From positions 1-64,000 of IMG/VR virus record IMGVR_UViG_3300007512_000025: a stretch of DNA of 64,000 nucleotides; one strand, written 5' to 3'. Below are positions 1 through 9,465 of the stretch, piece by piece. This DNA comes from a virus. The notes below the pieces were generated by a model, which ran no database searches, was not told where the DNA came from, and worked only from the letters and a program-made list of their open reading frames with translations. The translations under genes were made by a program, and so were the position numbers. Position 1 is the stretch's first letter. Each line of letters begins with the position of its first letter.

Positions 1-546
1 ACTCTTTACTGGTCACGCCGTCCCGGTCTTTTCGTTACCCGCACAACGGGTGCCGATGCGACCAGCTTGGCTGCACCTCCCGACTTCACGGGTTCCGTGA
101 GTGAGTGGTACGAGACTCTTGTTGAGACTATCAACGATGTGTCTGCCGACATTCACCGCAAGACCCTTCGTGGTGGTGCTAACTTCTTGGTCTGCGGACC
201 AGAGGTTGCCAACATTCTTGAGTTCACCAGCGGCTTCCGTGCCAGCGTGACTCATGATGATGACACTGGTTCAGTCGGTGCTGTCAACGCCGGTTCCATT
301 TCCAAGAAGTGGGACTTGTGGGTTGACCCTTATTTCCCACGGAACGTGATTCTCGTTGGACGTAAGGGAAGCAGCTTCTTGGAGAGTGGCTATGTCTACG
401 CTCCTTATGTGCCGCTTCAGACCACACCTACTATCTTCCACGCTGATGACTTCACTCCCCGCAAGGCAGTGATGACTCGCTACGGCAAGAAGTTGGTCCG
501 TCCCGACATGTACGGTATTGTTATCGTGCGTGACCTTGAAGGCTAA
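1..546 (+). CDS. Major capsid protein, T4 gp23-like (C-terminal part, 5'-truncated by window)
   Basis: Frame 1 is open from base 1; C-terminal GYVYAPYVPLQ...PRKAVMTRYG motif typical of gp23-family capsids; followed by terminator and neck genes. Confidence 0.92.
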   Translation, partial: TLYWSRRPGLFVTRTTGADATSLAAPPDFTGSVSEWYETLVETINDVSADIHRKTLRGGANFLVCGPEVANILEFTSGFRASVTHDDDTGSVGAVNAGSISKKWDLWVDPYFPRNVILVGRKGSSFLESGYVYAPYVPLQTTPTIFHADDFTPRKAVMTRYGKKLVRPDMYGIVIVRDLEG

Positions 547-573
547 ACCTTTCAAGTAGCGTAAGCTAAAAAC

Positions 574-613
574 AGCCCCACCTTGACATTAGTTGAGGTG
601 GGGTTTTGTTTTT
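574..613 (+). terminator. Intrinsic terminator after capsid gene
   Basis: CCCCACCTTGAC-ATTA-GTTGAGGTGGGG hairpin followed by TTTTGTTTTT. Confidence 0.85.
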
Positions 614-625
614 GTTCATTTTGAA

Positions 626-633
626 ACTATTTA
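626..633 (+). promoter_or_regulatory. Putative phage late promoter (ACTATTTA)
   Basis: Same 8-mer recurs in intergenic DNA before several structural genes. Confidence 0.65.
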
Positions 634-665
634 TAGCAAGAGGTGAATATCGGGAGGATAAATGA

Positions 666-2018
666 ATGGCACTGCCAACACTAACACCAAAGCCGACAAC
701 AAATAGAATAGTTTTACCTGAAAAGCATGATGTCGCTGGCTTGACCGCCACCGAGCGTCAGGCTATGATTAAATCTTTTCCATTTGGAACATATGCAAAT
801 GAGAATTATTGGTTCGACGCTTCTGGGGAGGCTGATTCGTCACAGGTTGATTTATTTTTGTCAGGTTCGTCAGACCAAGTGGCGTACACTTATAGAAAAT
901 TGGGTGGAGACATCCTTGATATTGAATTAACAAAAGAACAAGTATTTTCAGCCTATGAAGAATCTTGTTTAGAGTATTCTTATCTGATGAACATCCACCA
1001 GTCAAAGAATGTTTTGTCAAATGTGCTTGGTGGGACAACCGGCTCGTTTAATGAAGATGGAATGATTACAGAGGCTTCAGGCTCTAATGGGTCGATGGAC
1101 CAAACTGTCCACCTTTCGTTACGCTACCCGCGATTTGATTTCGCTTATGCCCGTCGAGTTACAGAGGGTATTTCAGAAGAAGCGCAGGTTGGTGGAGCAT
1201 CAACTGTATACTCCGCATCATTTACCCTCACCGCAGACGTACAGGACTATAATTTGCAGAACATCATCGGACAAGATGCCGACTGGAGAACAACCTTGGG
1301 GCTTGAGGCATCTCCCAATACAGATACTCCGAAGATTCTGATTAAAAAAGTTTATTTTCAAACCCCAAAGACCATGTGGAATTATTATGGTTATTATGGC
1401 GGCGTGAACGTGATGGGTAACTTGTCAACTTATGGGCAGTATTCTGATGATTCAACATACGAACTTGTCCCAGCTTGGCAAAACAAGCTGCAAGCAAAGG
1501 CGTTTGAAGAAAGCCTCTATGTGAGGGCTTCTCATTCATCATACGAACTTAAAAACAACAAGCTTAGAATTTATCCCACGCCCGGTGACTCCACCCCGAG
1601 CAACATGTGGATTGAGTTTGTTGTTCCAAATGATACTTGGGTCGAAGACACAACGGCTTCCAATGGAATCATGGGAATTAATAATTTGAACACAATCCCA
1701 CTTCAGAATATTCCATATAAGAATATTAATTCGATTGGAAAACAGTGGATTCGACGTTTTGCCCTTGCTTTGTCAAAAGAGATGCTTGGGCTTGTGCGCT
1801 CAAAGTTTGCTTCAATTCCAATACCGGGCAACGACATCTCCATGAATGGTGATGCACTAATTTCGGCAGGAAAAGAAGAACAATCAGCCCTTCGGGACGA
1901 GTTGAAAGAGACGTTAGACCAGTTGACGTACAGCGAGATGATGGCAGGCGATGCCGAGACAGTTGAGAATTCAAATGCAGTTATGCAGAAGGTGCCAACA
2001 GGTATTTTTACAGGATAA
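666..2018 (+). CDS. Neck/head-tail adaptor protein (T4 gp13-like)
   Basis: Position after capsid; LGG..LDIELT N-terminal motif, LRIYP, WIRRFALALSKEMLG..RSKF..IPIPG..ISMNGD C-terminal motif of gp13-like proteins. Confidence 0.8.
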   Translation: MALPTLTPKPTTNRIVLPEKHDVAGLTATERQAMIKSFPFGTYANENYWFDASGEADSSQVDLFLSGSSDQVAYTYRKLGGDILDIELTKEQVFSAYEESCLEYSYLMNIHQSKNVLSNVLGGTTGSFNEDGMITEASGSNGSMDQTVHLSLRYPRFDFAYARRVTEGISEEAQVGGASTVYSASFTLTADVQDYNLQNIIGQDADWRTTLGLEASPNTDTPKILIKKVYFQTPKTMWNYYGYYGGVNVMGNLSTYGQYSDDSTYELVPAWQNKLQAKAFEESLYVRASHSSYELKNNKLRIYPTPGDSTPSNMWIEFVVPNDTWVEDTTASNGIMGINNLNTIPLQNIPYKNINSIGKQWIRRFALALSKEMLGLVRSKFASIPIPGNDISMNGDALISAGKEEQSALRDELKETLDQLTYSEMMAGDAETVENSNAVMQKVPTGIFTG

Positions 2019-2032
2019 TGGGAGGGTGAGAA

Positions 2033-2539
2033 ATGGCAGATGAGTGGTCACAACCAGACGCGCCCCCACCCCCGCTATTCACGGGCAAAAAAGAGCGCGA
2101 TTTAGTCAAACAAGTAAATGATGAACTTATCGAGCGAGTCATCGGGCAGACAATTATATATTACCCCATTGATTTGGAGACTTCTAACTTCCACCCGCTG
2201 TATGGCGAAGCGATTAATAAAACTTTCTTGCCTCCAGTCAGGGTTCACTGCTTGGTGGAAAAGCAAGAGACAGATACAACGTATACCAATTACGGAATTG
2301 ACAAAGTTAGCAACATTACCGTCCATTTTCATAAAAGGCGGCTTACTGAAGACCAAGACCTTTGGGTTCGTGAGGGCGACTTTGTTCAGTATGACGGGCA
2401 CCTTTATGAGGTGGCTGATTTGAGCCAGCCTAGATATTTATTTGGACAGGATGGGCAAAAATTCCAAATTACAGCCACATGTCGAAAAGCCCGTGACGGA
2501 GTATTTAATAGTGAAGACCCACCATGGTTAGAGGTATAA
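2033..2539 (+). CDS. Neck/head-closure protein (gp14-like)
   Basis: Synteny; ELIE..IGQ.I.YY, LYGE, EGDFV.YDG..YEV pattern. Confidence 0.7.
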   Translation: MADEWSQPDAPPPPLFTGKKERDLVKQVNDELIERVIGQTIIYYPIDLETSNFHPLYGEAINKTFLPPVRVHCLVEKQETDTTYTNYGIDKVSNITVHFHKRRLTEDQDLWVREGDFVQYDGHLYEVADLSQPRYLFGQDGQKFQITATCRKARDGVFNSEDPPWLEV

Positions 2540-2543
2540 GACG

Positions 2544-3410
2544 ATGAGTAATAAATACACTAGTCAAGATGAGCCAAAGCTTAAAGAAATTGAATTGCAG
2601 GAATCCACCATTGAGGACTTCGATTACGCTGTCCACAACTGGCTGAATGAGAATATGGACATTCATACAACAACTAACCGAGGGTGGAAGAAGGTTCCAG
2701 TTATTTGGGTTGCTGGTGAAAAGGTGCATCAAGCTAAAAAAGACCAGCGACTGCGTGACACAAGCGGTGCGCTCATCCTTCCCTTAATTACGGTTGAGCG
2801 GACAGGGTTTGCCAAAGATAAGGCACGCAAAGGCACAGCGTGGGCAATGTTGCCAGAAGTTAACGACCACAAGGGTGGCGCTATCACGATAGCCAGAAGA
2901 ATTAAGCAGGACAAGAGCGCAGCGTATGCAAACGCAACCCACAAACGCCAACTGTATTCTAACACGCCCATTAATTTTCGTACAGCGAAAAACACCAAAG
3001 TAATTTATGAAACTTTAACAATTCCGATGCCCGTGTATATCGAGGCGACCTATTCTATTAGCATACGCTCCGAATATCAGCAGCAGATGAACGATATGGT
3101 TCAGCCATTTGTTACAAAACATGGTGGACCAAACCACGTTGTTATTAAACACAATAACCATAGGTATGAGGGTTTCATCGGTCAAGACTTTACGTCAGAA
3201 AATAATGTAGCCGACATGGGCGAGGGCGCTAGAGAATTTCAGACCAAAATTGAGTTTAAGGTGCTTGGAGCGTTAATTGGTCACGGTCCAAATCAAGAGA
3301 AGCCGAAAGTTGTCATCAGAGAAAACGCAGTAGACGTAAAAATGATGAGAGAGCGCGTGCAACTGGAAGATGAAGCGGAGTATACAGCGAATAAAAAATA
3401 TCGTGAGTAA
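2544..3410 (+). CDS. Tail terminator/completion protein (gp15-like)
   Basis: Synteny before sheath; KVPVIW, LPLITVERTG, PVYIEATYSISI motifs. Confidence 0.7.
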   Translation: MSNKYTSQDEPKLKEIELQESTIEDFDYAVHNWLNENMDIHTTTNRGWKKVPVIWVAGEKVHQAKKDQRLRDTSGALILPLITVERTGFAKDKARKGTAWAMLPEVNDHKGGAITIARRIKQDKSAAYANATHKRQLYSNTPINFRTAKNTKVIYETLTIPMPVYIEATYSISIRSEYQQQMNDMVQPFVTKHGGPNHVVIKHNNHRYEGFIGQDFTSENNVADMGEGAREFQTKIEFKVLGALIGHGPNQEKPKVVIRENAVDVKMMRERVQLEDEAEYTANKKYRE

Positions 3411-3434
3411 AAACATCCTTTCGACATTCCAATC

Positions 3435-3442
3435 ACTATTTA
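3435..3442 (+). promoter_or_regulatory. Putative late promoter (ACTATTTA) for sheath
   Basis: Recurrent motif, intergenic, upstream of sheath RBS. Confidence 0.65.
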
Positions 3443-3517
3443 TTACTGAAAAGCCATCAGGCTAAGACAACAAAAGTCGCATAACTAAAGATATATGCTT
3501 TTAAGGAGAAACAACAC

Positions 3518-6500
3518 ATGTCAGTAAAGAAGTTTAAGTTTGTATCACCCGGAATTTTCATCAACGAGATTGATAATTCACAGGTGCCAAAACAGGGAGC
3601 AGGAATTGGGCCCGTTATTATCGGTAGAACCCTCCGTGGACCAGCAATGCGTCCGATTCAGATTGAGTCATTCGCAGATTTCATCGAAACCTTCGGTGAG
3701 CCAGTTGCGGGTGGTGTAGCTGGAGATGTCTGGCGTGAGGGTAGCCGTCTTGGTCCAACTTATGCCGCATACGCCGCACAAGCTTACCTTCGCAACGCAT
3801 CCCCCATTACGTTCGTTCGCCTTTTGGGTGATACGCACCCCGACGCGACCTCAGCCAGTGTGAAAGCGGGTTGGTCTGTCACCTCTGCCGCTGCCACATG
3901 GTCATCCACCGCTGGCAACAAAGGTGCCCCCGGTGCTTATGGTCTATACATCGCAAACGGTTCTGAAGGGCAAGCATGGGCAGATGGAGAAACATACAAG
4001 GCTTCGCTTGCTGCAATCCTTTATGTAAAAAATGGCGCTGTTGCCCTCAAAGGTCGCTGCGTTGGCGGCGGCGCAACCTCTGCCGCAGCGGGTGAGGGAA
4101 CCGAAGCAATCGGTGTCTGGGTTCGTTCAGACGGTCCAGATAACCAATTCAGGCTCAAGGTCGCAAATACTCCCGGTGCCAGCTATTCTGCCAGCCGCAC
4201 CTCCAATGTTGAAGAAATCGCCTTCAACTTCACAAAGACTTCCAGACTTTATGTTAGAAAGGTTCTTAACACTAACCCAGTTCTTTGCAATGGTCAGCTT
4301 ACTGGGACAACTGCTCAGAAGGCTTACTTCTTGGGACCAACATTTGACAGGCACCTTGCTGAAATGCAAGACGGTCTGACCACCGCAGCTTCGTCCACCG
4401 CAGCGCAGCCGGTCAGCGGTCAGTATGCCTGCTTGCTCCCACTTTCCACCGCAGCCGCTTCGTGGGAGTCAAGCTTGACGCCTGCTATTTCACCTTGGAT
4501 TATTTCACAGCACAACGGCGACCCATCTTTGTACAACACTCAGTCGAACGCAATGCTTGAAGGCACAACCACAGTCGAGGATTTGGGTATCGAAAAGCTG
4601 TTCCGCTTTTATTCGCTATACTCCGGCTCTTGGGAAAGCCGAAATCTCAAGATTTCAATTTACGACATTAAGGCTCCCACAGATGAGTTTAATCCCTATG
4701 GTTCATTCTCTGTGATGATTCGCAGGGCATCAGACACAGATGCCGCTCCACAGATTGTGGAAAGATATTCTTCTTGCAACCTAAACCCAGCTTCTCCAAA
4801 TTTCATTGCGAGAATGATTGGCGATATGGAGTCTATCTGGGATGATGACGATAAGAGATATGTGAACCACGGGCTTTATCCAAACCAGTCACGGTTTCTT
4901 CGTGTTAAATTGGCAACTGCTGTTGAGGCAGGCTCTGCTGATGCACGCTTGCTGCCCTATGGCTTCCTTGGGCCCGCATGTCATAAGCCTGTCTTTGGCG
5001 AACACACCAGCAGTGGGGCACCCAACACATGGTCCATCCGCGCTCCAAGCGCACACAAGAAGTTCCCCAATGTTTTCGGTGGTGCATCCACTTTGGACGC
5101 AGACGATGCAGCTTACAACCCCGCAGAATCCGGTACGCTGAACAATTCTGTTAATAATGTGGGCATGGGAGATGTAACTTTCTGGGATGCAGATAACGAC
5201 GGCACCTACACCGACGCCGCAGGCGACTTCGGTGAGAACAAGTGTTACGCTGGTATCGGTACGACAGTCAATGCAAACAAAAACTTTGAGGTTCTTCTGG
5301 TTCACCCAATTCTGGGAATGAGAAAAGACACCAAAGATACGACACTTTCCAGCCCGAAGGACGCATTCTTCGGAATCGAAACCACCGAGTTTGGAAGTGA
5401 TACAATTTTTGATGATTCATATGGTGATATGGTCGGCTATGGAAAATACGGCATTGCCAGCACATCAGCCGACGCATGTTCTGTTGATGACGAGAGTATG
5501 TACCAGTTCATCTTCACTCTGGATGACATTCGTTATTCGCCCGGTGTCGCAGTTAGCGATGCACGCGGCTCCAACGAGTCCGACTCAAAGCCTAAAAACT
5601 TTGAGTGGGTTGCTGGTAGTCACGCATGTCCTTCACTAAACTCGGACTCCACTGCCGCTGCTTTCCCGGTTCCAAAGGGTCAAACTTCTTTGACGGGATA
5701 TACGCCAACAACTGGCGTCCGTAACCCATATGCTATTCTTGAAGCGGGCTGCGATGCATTCACACTTCCGTTGACTGGTGGTCACGATGGCATTGATATA
5801 CTGGAGGCTAACCCCTTCCAATACTCTAAGTCAAACGCCAACGACAATCTGCCGCAAGCAGGCGACACCGCGATGGACCACTATGCTATTAACTCAGTTA
5901 AGAAGGCTATTGATTCTGTCTCTGACCCAGAAGTTGTTGAATATAATTTGATGGCTGCACCGGGTCTGGTTCAGCCTTCTATCACAAACCACATGGTTTC
6001 AACTTGTGAGAACCGTGGCGATGCGCTGGCTGTTATTGATATCGAGGAAGATTACTGTCCACCGAATATTTCAGAAGGCAAAGATGAAGCAGCCCGTATG
6101 CCAGATGTTGACAAGGCGATTACTCAAATGAGAATGCGCTCGCTCAACTCAAGTTATGGTTGCTGTTTCTTCCCTTGGGTTCAGATTGCTGACACCATGA
6201 GCGGGCGCGTCCTTTGGGCACCCCCCTCCGTCGCTGCCCTTGGAACGATGGCTTCTTCAACAAAGAAATCAGAACTTTGGTTTGCCCCAGCAGGGTTCAC
6301 CCGAGGTGGATTGACTGACGGAGCCGCTGGAATTCCAGTTAACGGCGTTCGTCTGCGACTCAACTCTAAGGAGCGTGACAAGCTTTATGAAGCAAACATT
6401 AACCCGATTGCTCAGTTCCCCGCAGAAGGAATTGTTATCTTCGGACAGAAGACGCTTCAACTAACCGCATCTGCTCTCGACAGAATCAATGTCCGTCGCC

Positions 6501-6796
6501 TGATGATTTACTTGAAGAAGGAAATCTCTCGCATGGCGAAGACAATTCTATTCGACCAGAACGTCAAGACCACATGGGTTAGGTTTATTAGTCAGGCAGA
6601 CCCATTCTTGGCTTCGGTTAAGGGTCGCTTCGGGTTGACAGAGTACAAGATTATTCTTGATGAAACGACAACCACACCAGATTTGATTGATAGAAATATC
6701 ATGTATGCAAAGATTCTTCTCAAGCCTGCAAAGGCAATTGAGTACATTGCGATTGACTTCGTGATTACTGATAGTGGAGCGTCTTTTGACGACTAG
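3518..6796 (+). CDS. Contractile tail sheath protein (gp18-like)
   Basis: N-terminal SPGIFINEID; C-terminal WFAPAGFTRGGL, LYEANINPI, IFGQKTL, LDRINVRRL, PAKAIEYIAIDF. Confidence 0.96.
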   Translation: MSVKKFKFVSPGIFINEIDNSQVPKQGAGIGPVIIGRTLRGPAMRPIQIESFADFIETFGEPVAGGVAGDVWREGSRLGPTYAAYAAQAYLRNASPITFVRLLGDTHPDATSASVKAGWSVTSAAATWSSTAGNKGAPGAYGLYIANGSEGQAWADGETYKASLAAILYVKNGAVALKGRCVGGGATSAAAGEGTEAIGVWVRSDGPDNQFRLKVANTPGASYSASRTSNVEEIAFNFTKTSRLYVRKVLNTNPVLCNGQLTGTTAQKAYFLGPTFDRHLAEMQDGLTTAASSTAAQPVSGQYACLLPLSTAAASWESSLTPAISPWIISQHNGDPSLYNTQSNAMLEGTTTVEDLGIEKLFRFYSLYSGSWESRNLKISIYDIKAPTDEFNPYGSFSVMIRRASDTDAAPQIVERYSSCNLNPASPNFIARMIGDMESIWDDDDKRYVNHGLYPNQSRFLRVKLATAVEAGSADARLLPYGFLGPACHKPVFGEHTSSGAPNTWSIRAPSAHKKFPNVFGGASTLDADDAAYNPAESGTLNNSVNNVGMGDVTFWDADNDGTYTDAAGDFGENKCYAGIGTTVNANKNFEVLLVHPILGMRKDTKDTTLSSPKDAFFGIETTEFGSDTIFDDSYGDMVGYGKYGIASTSADACSVDDESMYQFIFTLDDIRYSPGVAVSDARGSNESDSKPKNFEWVAGSHACPSLNSDSTAAAFPVPKGQTSLTGYTPTTGVRNPYAILEAGCDAFTLPLTGGHDGIDILEANPFQYSKSNANDNLPQAGDTAMDHYAINSVKKAIDSVSDPEVVEYNLMAAPGLVQPSITNHMVSTCENRGDALAVIDIEEDYCPPNISEGKDEAARMPDVDKAITQMRMRSLNSSYGCCFFPWVQIADTMSGRVLWAPPSVAALGTMASSTKKSELWFAPAGFTRGGLTDGAAGIPVNGVRLRLNSKERDKLYEANINPIAQFPAEGIVIFGQKTLQLTASALDRINVRRLMIYLKKEISRMAKTILFDQNVKTTWVRFISQADPFLASVKGRFGLTEYKIILDETTTTPDLIDRNIMYAKILLKPAKAIEYIAIDFVITDSGASFDD

Positions 6797-6810
6797 AGAA
6801 TAAAATAGAG

Positions 6811-6844
6811 TCGGGGGAGATTTTCTTCTCCCCCGAACTATTTA
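6811..6844 (+). promoter_or_regulatory. Hairpin followed by late-promoter motif before tail tube
   Basis: TCGGGGGAGA-TTTTCT-TCTCCCCCGA stem (6811-6836), then ACTATTTA (6837-6844). Confidence 0.6.
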
Positions 6845-6906
6845 AAAATAGAGAGAAATCAAAGCTACTTCAATGTAGTAAAGTTATTTTAAGGAGAAAT
6901 TAAAAA

Positions 6907-7479
6907 ATGAGTTCAGGAACTTTTTGGTCAGATGCTTCGACGGGTGTACGCGACCCTAAGAGACAATTTAGGTGGGTGTTGTATAATGACAACATTCCAA
7001 TGTTTACGCTAAAGAAGGTGGCGAAGCCCAGTTTTACTGTTCAAGAGTCCACACACAAATATATTAACCACACGTTTTACTACCCCGGTCGCGTAGAGTG
7101 GAACACCATCGCTATGACTTTGGCAGACCCCGTTGACCCAGATGGCGCAGCAACAATGGTTGATATTATTCAGGCAGGCGGTTATTCACCAGCGATGGAC
7201 GAGACAATGACCAGCACTATGTCAAAGTCCAAGGCTACCAACGCTCTTGGTCGAATTCAGATTGAGCAGATTGACTCAGACGGAAACATGATTGAGCGAT
7301 GGGTTCTTTGGAACGCTTGGATTAAAGATGTTAAGTTTGGTGACCTTGATTATGATGGCGATGATTTGACCGATATCGAGATTGAACTTCGTTATGATTG
7401 GGCTTATCTTGAAACAGATAAAAATTCTAATGCCTCTACGACTGGCACTACGGCTACTAACAAATACTGGACGCCATAG
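6907..7479 (+). CDS. Tail tube protein (gp19-like)
   Basis: Follows sheath; PKRQFRW, YYPGRVEW, W.L.NAWI....FGDLDY, LRYDWA. Confidence 0.92.
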   Translation: MSSGTFWSDASTGVRDPKRQFRWVLYNDNIPMFTLKKVAKPSFTVQESTHKYINHTFYYPGRVEWNTIAMTLADPVDPDGAATMVDIIQAGGYSPAMDETMTSTMSKSKATNALGRIQIEQIDSDGNMIERWVLWNAWIKDVKFGDLDYDGDDLTDIEIELRYDWAYLETDKNSNASTTGTTATNKYWTP

Positions 7480-7583
7480 AATTACGCTCACAGGCTATAA
7501 AACTGAAAAAAATATTAACAAGAACTACTTATTAGTGTAAGATGCTAATGCATTATGCACTCACAAAACAAGAAACGAGGTGA

Positions 7584-8465
7584 TTGATGAGTAGAAATGA
7601 AGACCGTCTTGGCGGGGGTAGTAAAAATATTAACACCCCTTCCACGGCAGCAACCACAGTAGGGGCATCCAACACGAATGTCTCTTCTTCACCATCTCCG
7701 TTAGAATTTGTCCGACCAACATCTTTGGTAGCTTTACCATCTGGCGGCAATTTCTATCCAGAGGGTCATCCCCTTTGCGGAGTAGGTGAAATTGAAGTAC
7801 GGCACATGACAACGGCAGAGGAAGATATCCTCACCAGTCGTGTTCTATTGAAGAAGGGAACGGCTATTGATAAATTCTTGGAAAAGATTATTCAAGCACC
7901 CGTCCACCCCAATGACTTGCTCTTGGGCGATAAGTCGGCTCTGATTGTACAGGCGCGTATTGATGGATACGGACCCGAATATACAACTCAGGTGGCATGT
8001 CCTGCATGTCAGGCGAGGCTGAAGCACACGTTTGATTTGACCACCTATCAGTTGGTCGAGGGTCATGACTGTGCCGATATTGACGGAGCATCAGCAACGG
8101 ATAGAAATACCTTTATTATTTCTCTTGAGAACGGCTGGGAAGTCGAGGTTCGTGCGCTTAATGGCCACGATGAGAAGCGGATGACCAAGGCGATGAACCA
8201 ACGTCAAAAAGCAGGGCTTCCTGATTCTGGCATTCAAGAACAATTGCGCTCTATGATTGTCTCTATCTCGGGACACACCGACAAGGGTACAATTAATAAG
8301 GCAGTTCAACATATGACAGGTAAGCAGTCACGGAAGATTCGTGAAACCTATGGTAAGATTATCCCTAACATTGACATGAAGCAGTCAATCACTTGCCATG
8401 AATGTCTATCGACTTCGGACATGGAGGTGCCGCTTACCAGCGACTTTTTTTGGCCTAAGCAATGA
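7584..8465 (+). CDS. Tail assembly chaperone / baseplate hub assembly protein (T4 gp26-like)
   Basis: LPSGG.FYP, MTTAEEDIL, two CxxC pairs, terminal FFWP; position after tube. Confidence 0.75.
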   Translation: MMSRNEDRLGGGSKNINTPSTAATTVGASNTNVSSSPSPLEFVRPTSLVALPSGGNFYPEGHPLCGVGEIEVRHMTTAEEDILTSRVLLKKGTAIDKFLEKIIQAPVHPNDLLLGDKSALIVQARIDGYGPEYTTQVACPACQARLKHTFDLTTYQLVEGHDCADIDGASATDRNTFIISLENGWEVEVRALNGHDEKRMTKAMNQRQKAGLPDSGIQEQLRSMIVSISGHTDKGTINKAVQHMTGKQSRKIRETYGKIIPNIDMKQSITCHECLSTSDMEVPLTSDFFWPKQ

Positions 8466-8469
8466 ATAT

Positions 8470-8712
8470 ATGAAGAACGTCTATGAGGTGTTCTTCTTTA
8501 TGAAATACTTTGGTGGTTGGAGTTTCTTTGAAGCATACAATTTACCAGTTGGGTTGAGAAAGTGGTTTGCCGAGCGGTTAGCGGAGCAGCTAAAGAAAGA
8601 ATCTGAAGCAATGGACGGCAAGGGAGGCGGCAATCGAACCCCAAGTCGCCCATCAATGCCATCCAGACCTTCGATGTCCAGACCATCCATGCCTTCAAAG
8701 CCTTCAAGGTAA
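8470..8712 (+). CDS. Small tail-chaperone partner (gp51-like or frameshift extension of upstream gene)
   Basis: +1 frame relative to upstream ORF and open across its T7 run; WSF.EAYNLP..LR.WF pattern; PSRPSM repeats at C-terminus. Confidence 0.7.
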   Translation: MKNVYEVFFFMKYFGGWSFFEAYNLPVGLRKWFAERLAEQLKKESEAMDGKGGGNRTPSRPSMPSRPSMSRPSMPSKPSR

Positions 8713-8738
8713 GAAGCGCAGAAAAAGCAAATTAATTT

Positions 8739-8775
8739 AAAGACCGAGACTAGTTCTCGGTCTTTTTATTTTTTG
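8739..8775 (+). terminator. Intrinsic terminator
   Basis: AAAGACCGAGA-CTAGT-TCTCGGTCTTT plus T-tract. Confidence 0.85.
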
Positions 8776-8805
8776 AAACCTACCTAATTTAAGGGAGGAA
8801 GAAAT

Positions 8806-9411
8806 GTGCGACTATTTATTACATTGTTTTCGCTGATTCTGGCTGCGTGCCCAGCCTCCCTTGAAACACACACAGACGAGACAGATTCGGTCGCAGTAGA
8901 AGAACCTTCCCCGATTACTTGGGAAGAATGCGGTGGAGCCTTGGGCGACCACGCTTGCGACTTTACATTTAAAGACCAAGCTGACGAAGAATGGAATTTG
9001 TACGACCATTATGGTAGTATTATTGTTTTAGACTTTTCCGTCATGTGGTGTGGTCCTTGCCAATCTGCTGCAAGCCAAGTTGCGGCGCATGTATCAAAAT
9101 ATTCAAGTGATGATGTTATATGGGTAACCGTATTATTGCAGAATACGGCAGGGGGAAGTGTATCCTTGGAAGATGTGCAAGGCTGGCAAAACCTTTATGG
9201 AATTCCATCCCAGTCGCCAATCCTTCAGGGGAACAACAGCATCGTTGACTCAACAGCAGTAAGCGGATACCCCGTCATGAGTTACCCCACGATTGTGGTG
9301 GTTGACCGTGATATGGTGATGTATCAGGGCTTGCATGGTTGGAGTCAAGAAATGGTTGAGGGATGGATTGATGAATTGTTATTATTAGACGCGGAGGAAA
9401 CAAGCGGATAA
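8806..9411 (+). CDS. TlpA/redoxin-family thioredoxin-like lipoprotein
   Basis: Lipobox LAAC; DFTFKDQ, VLDFSVMWCGPC, YPTIVVVD. Confidence 0.85.
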   Translation: MRLFITLFSLILAACPASLETHTDETDSVAVEEPSPITWEECGGALGDHACDFTFKDQADEEWNLYDHYGSIIVLDFSVMWCGPCQSAASQVAAHVSKYSSDDVIWVTVLLQNTAGGSVSLEDVQGWQNLYGIPSQSPILQGNNSIVDSTAVSGYPVMSYPTIVVVDRDMVMYQGLHGWSQEMVEGWIDELLLLDAEETSG

Positions 9412-9465
9412 GTTTCATTCAGATTTGGTTCGGCTTCATTCATAGTTTTTGGGAGGATACAATGA

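Noticed and set aside
8811-8818. ACTATTTA at 8811 and 22145 as late promoters
   Set aside because: Both are inside coding sequence (22145 encodes conserved NYL of PolA) with no suitably placed downstream start; probably chance
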